A stretch of 64,000 nucleotides of DNA from Sarea resinae. Its lineage: Eukaryota. Made by a program: the position numbers and the translations under genes. Shown here one piece after another: positions 25,954 to 36,891 of this stretch; positions within the stretch are counted from its first letter, which is position 1, and each line of letters begins with the position of its first letter. Below the pieces are notes generated by a model, which worked only from the letters and a program-made list of their open reading frames with translations, was not told where the DNA came from and did no database searches. The stretch lies in NCBI GenBank assembly GCA_026026165.1, contig JAPEUD010000022.1, positions 1 through 64,000 on the forward strand. Reading direction: 5' to 3'.

Positions 25954-26860
25954 CTAACAGGGCTTTTAGGATAGCTATAAAACGTTATTGTCCGCCGTGG
26001 CCGCCTTTGATCAACGAAACTTTGATAATTAGCAGTCATCGTCGACCGGGAACAGACCCTGACCAAGTGAGTGATGGGGTTCTAATGTAGATCTATCAAC
26101 CTGAAATGCCATCCACTTTGTTGCTTGGACAACTGAAGAGCAACAGTGCGAGATTCATAGTGCTATGATCACCTATCAAGAATTTGGGTCTTTCCCCTAC
26201 CGAGCTCTCGTGTGTGCGCTAGGATGACTACGATTTTCTCTTTACGTTGATCTCTCTTCCAAGTCTAATGACGTGCTAGTATTACACGATGAATGTATGT
26301 CTGATGAAGTTAGAAGTGGTATCGATCAAAAAGCTATCCTACGAAATAATCAAGGAGTAGATCAAGCTCTTAGCTGGTTTTCCTGGCTTTCCAAGGCACC
26401 AATGGGCTGTATGAAGAGAGATGGATGCGCAAGGCCAGTGAAAGATGAGGCAACTTCCGAAACACACACAGTCATCTACCATAGAATCAGAGAGAATAAG
26501 AAGGATCTCAGTAGCCTTTCATTCACAGTCGTAGTCGTCTGTCTAGTGCTGTAATTGGATTCCAGTAGCGAATGAATCAGGGCATAGGGCTCGTGTCGTA
26601 GTTGTGTAGACGCATACAGACTTTGCTGTGTCGAACCTTCTTCTTCTTCAACCACGCACCCTCATCACAACAACAATTACAGCTACAGCAACAGATCCAA
26701 CAATATCAACAGCAACGGCAACAGCGATCACCACCACTACTACTACTATCACGACTACCACGACGACTACTTCCATAAGGTGAGTATAGCCACTGTTACA
26801 AGTGTCATCCTCGGTACAACGCTTTCAGATAGAATGATGCTGATAGAGTGTGTGGCGTAG

Positions 26861-27559
26861 ATGGATCGATTTGTTACACGAGTCGATTTTCAGGCGGCTT
26901 GTGAGATGTGGGGCACACAGATGGAGGCGGTGAGGGCAGAGCTGGCCACCCTCACGAACGTTAATGCAGAATTACGCAGAGAGATAGGGCAATTGCGGGG
27001 ACAGCAACCCGCACAACAACAGCAGCACGGAGGTGAGGCCGCCCAGATGTGCGAAATTTGTCGGTCCGCCCATCGTGGGATCTGCCGCTTCGCCGACAAC
27101 ATAAACGCCGCTCAGTTCCCGATGTGCTTGAGCTGCGACAGACGTCACCTTCACCGGTGCACAGCCTTCTGCCGCCAATGCAATGCCCGCGTTGGCCATA
27201 ACGAGAATCATTGCCCTCAGAGGGCCCAACGCCCGGCCGCCGCGCCCCTAATCGCCCACCAGGGTGGCTTCCACTTTTATGGCAACGACGCCCATGCTGC
27301 TGCAAGTGCAGCTCGTGCTTACGGACGAGAGGCTCGGCCCCGATCCAGGTCACCTGGACGGGGCGTTCAAGGAGGGTACCGTGACCGCCAAGGCGGTCGT
27401 GGCAACAACAATCGTGGCGGTAATAACCGCGGCAGAGGCGGGGCTGCTTTGCCCGCCCTGCCCAATAACAGACTGGTCGAGCTACCGCAAGGGGCTCAGG
27501 CTCAGATTCGAAACCCGGGTGACAATAACAATCCCGATGACCAGAACATGGCCCAATAA
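26861..27559 (+). CDS. 232-aa zinc-knuckle protein (coiled coil, 3 CCHC knuckles, RS/RGG tail), Gag-nucleocapsid-like
   Basis: CEICRSAHRGIC, CLSCDRRHLHRC, CRQCNARVGHNENHC; RSRSPGR and GGRG/RGRGG motifs; leader intron GTGAGT(26780)..GCTGAT..TAG(26860) immediately before the ATG. Confidence 0.85.
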   Translation: MDRFVTRVDFQAACEMWGTQMEAVRAELATLTNVNAELRREIGQLRGQQPAQQQQHGGEAAQMCEICRSAHRGICRFADNINAAQFPMCLSCDRRHLHRCTAFCRQCNARVGHNENHCPQRAQRPAAAPLIAHQGGFHFYGNDAHAAASAARAYGREARPRSRSPGRGVQGGYRDRQGGRGNNNRGGNNRGRGGAALPALPNNRLVELPQGAQAQIRNPGDNNNPDDQNMAQ

Positions 27560-28069
27560 ATAGCTACGGCTCAACAACTAACAAAAGCCTAAGTGCTCAA
27601 AAATAAGCCCAAGTGCTTCATGAGCTTACAGGCTCCAATTTTCGATGCTTGAATGCTTTGCTTTTCTTTTTGTTAGCAATGTATTCGTTTTCCTCAACTT
27701 GTCTTGACCGCTGGTGCCGTGACCCTGAAACATGATGCCCTTGCCATTCCCGTAAGCCATTCTTCTAAACTGATAGTAGGCCAATCAACTCTCCGACTCA
27801 AAACCGTAATCCAAGCCTTACGCATGTGCGTCACGACCGAGATTCAACAATCGTCCGCAGCCAAATATTCAATCGTCACCTCCCCGCCCACGATATTTTT
27901 CACACCAGTGTGATACAATCACTTAGCCAAGCCACGGCATTAGAGGAGCAACTACGGATCCAGCAAGAAGCTTCTGCCTCTCTACATCCTGAGCCACTTG
28001 ATGCTTGTAAACAGCATTCGTCATCCGTCCAACGAATCAAGACATCGAGAAGCCTCCATCAGACCAACG

Positions 28070-28732
28070 ATGAATCCATCCACCAATCTGCTCGAAACAT
28101 ACGTCGATAGGCCTTTGCCGGAAGCTCCAGATGTTGTCAAGGCTGATTACGATGCCAATTTCGCCTGGGAGATTACGAATACTCTGTATCGTGACAGAGG
28201 GGTTACCATCACTCAACGGGCGTTCAATCGGGCTCTTGTTCAGGTTGCAGGGCTCTTAATGCTCTCACTTGGTCTTCTTCTCGAGATTACATCAACACAC
28301 GTGGATGATCCTCCTGATGCGAACGGTAACTACTGGTGGCATTTCGCCAGAAACCAGGCTACCGGGCGCCTCGACTGGGTAAGTAATTTTCTCGCAATCG
28401 CAGCAATTCGGACGGCTGATGTGCCATAGCTTACTAGCAACGGCGCCGTGATCAACTTCTGGGATCAACTACCGTACCGATCGCCATTCTTCTGGTCTTC
28501 TCTGGTATGTCGTCGGGACCTGGCAAGAATGAGGCACCACGAGCGGCGCTACGGTACTTCTCCGACTGTCGCTATGCTTCAAAAGTTCATAGGAGTGTGG
28601 AATCTCCTCAGGATCTCAGTAAACTACCACCGAGAAAATGGGTTTATGGCGACTGAAGAGTGTGTCAGAGAGATAGCTGACCTCCAGCGACGTCTCGAAG
28701 ATTTGCGCAATGGGCTCGGTGCAATCCGCTGA
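28070..28732 (+). CDS. Orphan 203-aa protein with a C-terminal coiled coil (2 exons)
   Basis: Exons 28070-28378 and 28430-28732 joined in frame by a GTAAGT..GCTGAT..TAG intron. Confidence 0.75.
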
Positions 28733-28999
28733 CTTCTCCCTCGCCTGCACTGTAACTATCCTTTTGGCCTTCCGGCAGCCATATGCTGCTAGCTATACAA
28801 TGAAGCATTGATTAAGGCTCACAATACTCTTTTTTCTGTGCCCCTCATTCCTGTGGTCCTCGAGAAATCTTCCCGGAACGTCCAGTAGCTGCGGGCCTTG
28901 GTGTCGCTTTTGTGCCTTGAAAGAGCCATCTCCTGACATGCAAAATTGCTAACGAATTTAGGATTAACCTGGGGGGCCTTTGTCTTTCATTCTCAGTTT

Positions 29000-29900
29000 G
29001 CTTTCGTAGGCTAGCTACCTTTTTGCACTAGATTATATCTAATAGAAATCAGTTGGTCTGTGGACGCGTGCTAAACTGGTTGTGCTATATAATCTCAAGG
29101 AGCTTTTAATCAACTTTTAGCCTTGTACCTGATCCCCTAGCATGGTGTATTTGCGGCAGAATTTTAATTCGTCTTTATATTATGAAGCAGCCTTGATTCT
29201 AATCACCCTAAAGCACCTAGAGTATTACAGACTAACACAGAATACTCTAGATATTCCTAAACGCTTTTATACACCTATAGAACCTAGTACAATAGAATGC
29301 TATAGACGATGAGAGAATTATCTAGAAGACAATACAATTTCTATAATATTAGTTATATAACAACCATTGTCTACCTTCTATAAAGTGTGTATACTATTAT
29401 TTCATATGTTCTTATCATGTATGTTAGTCTATAAAATAATTCTTGCAAATTTATATATATCTAATAGTATAATATCTTACTTCCTAAGACTTTTTCTTTA
29501 AAAGATATAATATGTTTATAATATATATTTAATACTTCTTTTTCTAAAGATTTTCTTATAAAACTTTCATAATATTTTTCCTCATATCTTTTTAATAAGT
29601 ACACTTACCAGGATTATGTCTCCCGCGAAAAGATGGCCGAGGTATGCATGTCCAACTACGACCCCTCGTTCTCCAGTGCGCTGCGCTATATAGTGGGCAA
29701 ATAGGCATAGCCCGAACGAGCCGGGTTATAGTAGTCTTTTTGGATGGCTCACGTGGGAACAGGCTTGCCTACTATTTACTAGTCCTTACAAAAGAGAATC
29801 AAGTCAAATATAACTTTACTTTAGAAAGGATAGAAAATTTGATAGTCTTTTATTCTAAAAACCATTAGAAGTCTGCCAAGTAAATACTAACACGTAAAAC
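29000..29900. mobile_element. AT-rich, RIP-like mutated repeat relic (copy 2, inverted relative to copy 1)
   Basis: The reverse complement contains ACTATAACCCGGCTCGTTCGGGCTATGCCTATTTGCCCACTATA and TGTACTAGGTTCTATAGGTGTATA, matching 5656-5700 and 5818-5841. Confidence 0.75.
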
Positions 29901-30401
29901 TTTAAGCTGCACTACACTGTAGTGTCTGTTTCACGATAAGAAATTGTGAGATAAATGCTCAGATTATTCGACCGCGTTTATCGGTGGGCACCTCAGTAGA
30001 TGGACATAGGATTAGAGAAACTATGAGCATATATAGCAATCATGATGAGTCAGTTTCAGCAAGCAAATTCCCGTTCCCTAGACCGTTTTACACCGCGATA
30101 CATGATATCGAGCATCATCTTCCCATCTACTGCCTGCAGGCCGGCGACCAAAGCCGTCTTTCGCGCCCATTACGGAGCAACGATCGCAGGCCTCGACGAT
30201 ACGACCTGACTAGAAGGCCAGTCCTCCTCCACTTCAGCCTCTTATTTCCTTTCTCTCTGTCCCTCTCCCTTTATGCCCTTCCTACCCCCCCTCCGGCACC
30301 TTAGCCATTCCTCCCGTAGCAGTGTTCTCGATCCCGCAATGACCTGCTGGAAAGTAAACCATTAGTATGAATCCTTAATGATGCAAAGACCCTACATGTA
30401 A

Positions 30402-30531
30402 CCTGCTGCATTGCAAGCGTTACATCGCGGGTCACACCGCAGGCCTCGATAGCATCTCAACAGCACCCTGCTGCATTGCAAGCGTTACATCGCGGGTCAC
30501 ACCGCAGGCCTCGATAGCATCTCAACAGCAC
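30402..30531. repeat. Exact 65-bp tandem duplication
   Basis: CCTGCTGCATTGCAAGCG...CTCAACAGCAC at 30402 and 30467, identical. Confidence 0.97.
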
Positions 30532-30899
30532 CACTTCCGCTTCCCTTGATCCCTTGAGAATAGTCAATGAGTCGTGGGTTCGGTGGTCCCATTCCATGGC
30601 CTGGTCCCGCCCTGTCAGAGAATTTTCGAGCCACCGACAGCCCTGATGTCCACCCCGTAAAGGCGAGTCACGCATGGTGAGAAGCCGTTTGAAGAGATGG
30701 AAATCGCCTGTAGCTGATTCAATTCCAACAGTAGTTGGCAAGAGGAAAGCTGTGTGTGGAAAGGTCATCGCCTCATTCAATGCCGTTGTCGTAGTCTGCC
30801 GGAGCCTACCAATCTGACGTTCGCCGGGAGGACTTTGCGATTATGTTTCGACGTTTAGATGATCATCTCACCAAGTCGAGTAGCGACTTTGCTGGTTGA

Positions 30900-32480
30900 T
30901 GTATGGCTTTGATCGATCATTCCTGAAGTGAATTGTGCCCCTCGAAGCGGATGGTTAAAAGGCCAAGACGTGGTGTGCACGCGGCGGTGATGAGTATGTC
31001 CTGCAAACCCACAAAATAGTAGAGGATTGTGCAACGCAACAAGATCGTTCGCTTTTTTTTCCCATTGTCATGAGAGCCGACAGTGACCCACGGTATAGAG
31101 AGCCGACCGAAGCTCCGGCCATCCAACGAGATTCCGGCGCAATGAACAACTTGAACCATGAGCTACGTCTATCTATTATTGGCGGCCTTGGCGGGCCCCT
31201 GTTCTGCTGGAGGTGATACCAGTCAGGTAGATTACACATCGAATGTTGGGATACAGAGTTCCTCCAACAAGCTCTTGTTTCGAGATTACCTAGGCGTGGT
31301 AGAGATTGGCAGACTACGTAAAGCGTCCGGAGATGCTCATGCTCGCGATTGGGACTCACAGACCCGTGGGCGGAGTATTACTTGAAGCCGGGAGGCGGTC
31401 GGAAATTTGGAAATGGCCCGGAAATATGCACTCGCTGTTCCAGCAAAGATAGGAAACGATTCCTTGAGAAGCACAAGCTTCTTCGAACAGAGTCTATAAA
31501 GTGTACAAGTAGGTGGACGTTGGGAATTTGCTGAATCCGGATGACATCGAACCTTTCGAGTTGAAGTACGTGATGTGATTGGTAACCATAACAAAGGCTT
31601 GATCATTGGCGTAGATCAACGGGAAGCATTTGAAGAAATAGATAGAGATGGTAATCATATCATGTCAGTGCATTCCAAGATTGTGAAATTTGATCCGAGG
31701 TAAAGGAATGTTACCGGTGTCGGAACCACCACAGAATCCAATCTCTGAATCCGCTTCAATGTTTGTTGGCGGTCATAAGTTTCGATCGCGATACTTGGAT
31801 AATCGCAAAAACTATCCCTTCATTGCTTGCTTGGTCACCGCACATGAGACATGAGGAATGCAAGATGGGAGCTCATGCGGATTCAAAGTAGCAACCACTC
31901 GGAGACTGATCCGAGGGAAAAGCAGCTTAGCGGGCAGAAAGACGACAATCGAAAACGGTACCGAACCTTGGACATGGTAAACGACGGTAGAGGTCAAGCT
32001 CGCGGGATGTTGGGAGAGCACCAAGCCCAGATCCTCGAACTCCCTCACTCATGACGCCAATGATCCCAATTTCCCGCCACGGCCCAAGGCTTGTCGACCA
32101 CCTGGCATGTCCACACAATTTGACCGTCAAGATCGTTTGCACTGACGTATCGAGGGAGCATTGGCTTCACTTCCTGTGCCTGGATCTCCCAATTCGCTCA
32201 GGTCCTCGTCCGCAAACACAATGTTGGAGATTGAATCCTCACTCGAAGATTTGGTCTAGAATCCAAGCGTGAGCTACAGTCGCCGCAATTGTCATCTGTT
32301 ATCGCAAGAGAAGCGCCCGCCGTTCTTCGTGCTCCTCTTTCGTCTGGCTTCTTCCCTCCGCGGTGTTTGCAAGGCGTCGAGAAAGCCGAGTTGTAAGAAA
32401 TGCGTTGACGAAGATTCGCTCAAGTTCTCTTCTTCGAGCAGCTTCTCCCGCTACTGCCGCTGATTTCCTGTAGATTTGCA
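30900..32480 (-). pseudogene. Decayed gene, paralogue of 15.2-16.2 kb
   Basis: AWILDQIFE*GFNLQHCVCGRGP vs FWIANTT*GSDYSLCHCVCGPQNP; shared DNA block at ~31213; multiple stops. Confidence 0.55.
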
Positions 32481-33548
32481 ACTTGGTGGTGGGAGAGGAA
32501 GGAGATGTGCAATGGCGATCGCTTGAGCTGCGGGCTTGGTCTCGGAAGTAGTGGGCAAGTGGGATCGAGATGCCAATTTAGCGAGATTCGTAGCCAGCAC
32601 GATCAACGTTCTACCGGCTCAATCCTTCAGATGCTCTAGTCCGAGGATGACTGCAAAGCTTTTCATACTGCCTCTCATTCAAGAGTGACGCTTAATGATG
32701 CTTTCGAACTACTGTAAATGTACTCTGTCATTCGGAGATCGCTTTGTTGGTTTCTGCTCCGGTCCGAGGCCGAGGACTGGCAGCGCGGATCGTTCAGACC
32801 CCCAGGCTTTCTTATTCACGCACTTTAGCCACCGTGTAGTCCTCTGGGACATGGGCAAACTCGTGCTAATCAAGAAGGCTTAGGCACTGCAGAACCGATC
32901 AAAACCGGTAGATCTGACCGCTTGAACGATCGATGCCTTTACGAGTTGTAACCCGGCGGCGGATGACGAACTTCCATCGGCGAGTATGGTTGGGTCGAAC
33001 CATGGAACTATAATACCATTCTAGTGGGCACCCGTGGCTCACCGTCTGATGAGGAGTCTTTGTATGGGGCGTAAGAGCGGGTGGGCCATGGATACAGTAC
33101 AGTGGGCACGGATGGCCCGCCGGTTGGTGGCACGGCGTGGTGATGATCAGGCAGCGATGATCTATTGATGAAATTGCCTCTTGGCTAGAGAGGGCCCTGT
33201 GGAAGAGTCAGTCAAACTGGACGGTTTGGAAATACAGATGATGAGGGATAATGGGTGCCGGGAAAGCATACCTACCATCGGAGAATCGTAGGAGATATCA
33301 ATAATGTCCTCGAGTTCGTCATCTACCCGTATCTGGTTCGAAAGCAAGAGAGCGGTGAAGGTGTTAAGCTCCGCCGTGAGTGAGGATAGTGAGTTGATTG
33401 TCGGGAGTCGGTGGCCGGCTCAAAATAGTCATCGCACTGTCCGAGCAGAGAAGCGATAGAGCGATAGAAGATATGCAGAGGACGCTGAGCTTTCTCGTCA
33501 TTCTTTGTGAATATAGCACCGCAATGCTAATGTCCGCAACAAAGTACC

Positions 33549-33591
33549 ATGCGATGCAATGCGATGCGATGCAATGCGATGCGATGCAATC
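33549..33591. repeat. Pentanucleotide microsatellite (ATGCG/ATGCA)n
   Basis: GCGATGCAATGCGATGCGATGCAAT... seen directly. Confidence 0.9.
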
Positions 33592-34179
33592 ATGGTAAGC
33601 AAGGAAATCTATTCACTTGAGCTGGCTGCCAAATGCTGAAGAATCTGCACTCATGCGTCAGTCTTTCGGATTCGATCGCGACACGATTGTTCCAGGACTC
33701 ACCAGAACTTTGCGTAAGGGCGCGAACATGAGGCGCAACGAGCGACGAGAGGCTGTTCTTCCAGACTGTCCTTTCCGGCTTTCAGTCACATCATCTCGAA
33801 TAGATCTCCATGTCTTGCTCACGTTTCATATCCCTGCCTTCTCTATTCACCGCTCTGGCGCTCCACCGTATTCCATACATCGCTCCGTCTCCAGCCGGCG
33901 ACTGTGAATCGCGGATCAGTCTTCCAACAACTTCACAAGGAAGCATCGCTCAAACATACAATTATCTCCCTCCGTCAGCCGCATGGCCTCCCAACTCATT
34001 CCCGGCGTCCAATTTCCGTGGATCCCAGCCGTCCAGGCAAATGCTGATGAAGTCCGGGTTCTGGTGACTGCGGAAATAAGTAGCGCATCCTAAAGTTCAA
34101 GGAAAGAACAAAGAGACGTGAAACGCGAAAAGAAAAAGTAAGAAATGAGAAGAGGAAAGAACGAAAAGGAATCGCATCT

Positions 34180-36230
34180 TGGATTGCCATCCGGCGGTGA
34201 AGAGACAGCAAACCCGGATCTAGTGGTCCCCCCAATCACCAAATGTAATTCAATCAAGTTTTGGACCTCCGTCCGGCTGAAAGGGTCAACCAACCCAGCG
34301 AGGCAAAAGCATGGAGAGTTCTCACTCGATCGCAATCTCAGAGGCGATCATCGCAGGTTCGGAGTAGATCCCACTCGACCTTGAAGAAAGGCTAATCTGG
34401 GTATAGGATTCCCATCCAGCTGTACGAGGCAGCTCACTCAAAGACAAAGTGTTCTCACACGGCCGCGGAGGCGATCAGCTTGGGTTCAGATTCACTCACT
34501 CAATCGTCAAGACAGTCCGTTCGAGTTTGAGGCCACCGCCTGGCTGTGAGAGACAGCCGCCCCAATTGTCGGAGACAATCAAGTCCAGATTTCGATTGTC
34601 ATCTAGCCTGAAAGCACAGCCTGTGCAGATTTGGATTTCTCAATCAACTGTGAGAGGGAGTTGTCTCGGGTTCAAAGTCGACTCACTTGGCCGCAGAAAA
34701 ACGGGCCCCTTTGGATTGAGGATTCCCATCCGGCTGAAAGACACAGCCGCTTCAGGTTCGGAGTTTGCCCACTCAACCATGAAATACGGTCCAAATCGAT
34801 ATGTGATTCTCATCCGGTAGGATGACAAGACCCGCTCAGATTCAAAGTTCTCACTCGACATGGGGAAGGTGTCCGTTCTGATATATGATTCTCATCCGAC
34901 TTGGAGAAAAAGCCCATCCGAATTGAAAGTTTCCACTTGACCTTGGAAGAAGATTCATCTAGATACACGATTCCCATCCAGCTTTAAGAAAAAGCCCATC
35001 CATCTTCGGAGTTCTCACTCAATCATGAAAAATAATCCATCTAGACATAGGATTCTCATCCGGCCAAAAGCCTTGACCTCGACGGAAAGGAAGCTAGAGC
35101 TTTCACTCGGCTTCCGCGGATCAGAGTTCTCACTCGACGGTTGAAAACCGTCTACCTAGATGTAGGATTCTCATCCGACTTGAAGGACAAGTCCATTCGA
35201 ATTTGGAGGTCTCACTCAACCATGAAGAACGGCCAATCTAGAAATCGGATTCTCATCCGGCCAACAGTCTCGGCCTCGACGGAAAGCAAACCGGAGCTTT
35301 CGCTCGGCTTCCTCGATCAGAGTTCCCACTCGATGGTCAGGAACCATCTATCCAGATTTTGGATTCTCATCCAGCTGTCAGAGACAGCCCCCTCGGTGTC
35401 CGAATTCTCATTCGATTGCAAGAGGCAAATATCCCGGGGTCAGAGTCAGCCCACTCAACTGTAGAACACAGTCCAACTGGATGTAAGGGATTCTCATCCG
35501 GCAGCAAAAGGCAACCAGCTCACGTTCGAAGTCTCCACTCGATCTTCGAAGAAGATCCACTTGAGTACGAGGACCTCTGTCCGGCTGTTCGAGACAGCCA
35601 ACTCGGTGTTTGATTGGGGCTCCCGCCCGTCTGCGCAAGGCGCGACTACTCTGGGTATTCAGAGTCCTTTCCCACTCGATTGTAAGAGACAACCAACTTG
35701 AGGTTTTGGACCTGCGTCCGGCTGTAAAGACAGTCAACCTGGAGCCGGAGACGAAGTCCGGCAGGGCTCTCGCCCGAGCGTCAAAGACACTCCATCTTGA
35801 GTAAAGGAATCTTCATTCCGCTGCTAAAGGGCAGCTAGCCTGTCGTTCTGGATTCCCATCCGTCCGTCACAGACGGCTTCACTGGCTTGAAACAGTCGAT
35901 CTGGATCCAGGATTCCCATCCATCTGCATACAATAGACCACAAGACAGTATTGGACCTTCGTCCAGGCGCTGAAGAGACGACATCACTCGACTGTCGAGG
36001 AAAGTCGGGCCTGTGTTTAGGATTTCCATCCGGTCTGTGGAAGAGACAGACTAAATTCAGATAGGGGATTCTCATCCTTCCGTGGAAGAGACGGCGTCAC
36101 TCGACTGTTAAAGGACAGTCCCCCTATATTGAATAATTCTCATTAGCCCGTACATCACAGACAAAGATTCGTTTCGGGTCGACATCCGGCCATAAGGAGG
36201 CCTGGGCCTAGGTTTGAAGATCCCCACCTC
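34180..36230. repeat. Non-coding array of ~41-bp units, each a conserved core plus a sequence-variable 17-nt hairpin
   Basis: Cores GGATTCTCATCC and GAGTTCTCACTC alternate (same-type spacing 81-84 bp at 34720, 34804, 34886, 34969, 35050); each is followed by an inverted repeat; no long ORF. Confidence 0.9.
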
Positions 36231-36891
36231 TCCAAAAGGTCTACGGGGTGTCGAGTGTCGACTAAAGGAAGAATTAGTGGCCATCGGTCAAAAAGGAAGA
36301 CGCTTACAGTCTGGTCTACGGAAAAGGAGGAACAGCCACGCAGAATCTGCCGCGTAGTGGTCGAAGACCATTGACCCGGCAGTGAGACATGACGCCCATC
36401 ATACGGAGGAGATTTTGTCTCGGACCGTTGTGACCACCATGACCTCTTCACTGCCGGGAAAATGGCTATCCAAGAACTGGACAATGCCGCATGCAAAGCA
36501 ATTGGCACCAGAAGAACTTCACAGGGTCTCTTCAGACGTGCCTGTTCCGGGGGAGGAAAGCAAAAAACGAGGGAACCAAAAAACGAGGGAACCAAAAGTT
36601 GTTTTGACATGGACGTTTCAGGTTCGGTTTGGCTGAGTCATCTAGGCACCGACCACCGCTTTCTTGTTTGGGACTTGAAGCAAATGCGGATTGGGCACAA
36701 GGGGCAGAGTAGGTGATTAATTGACATAGACAATTCTACTGGCACACCCGATCCCAACACTAGCCAAGTCCTAAAGTGATCTTCGTTCTCCACAGTCAAT
36801 ACCATTAATCAATATTCTGCACAAACTCTCACATCAACAGGTAATAATACATTGAATAGCTTCGGACAGCAATCGTTATATCATCCTGGAA

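Noticed and set aside
29885..29898. 14-mer ATACTAACACGTAA also present near 60152
   Set aside because: AT-rich, no flanking homology; plausible by chance.
34180..36230. CRISPR array or tandem hammerhead ribozymes
   Set aside because: Eukaryotic context with no cas genes, and the variable parts are related to each other rather than unique spacers. The minus-strand CGGATGAG resembles CUGAUGAG but is not followed by stem II and GAAA.
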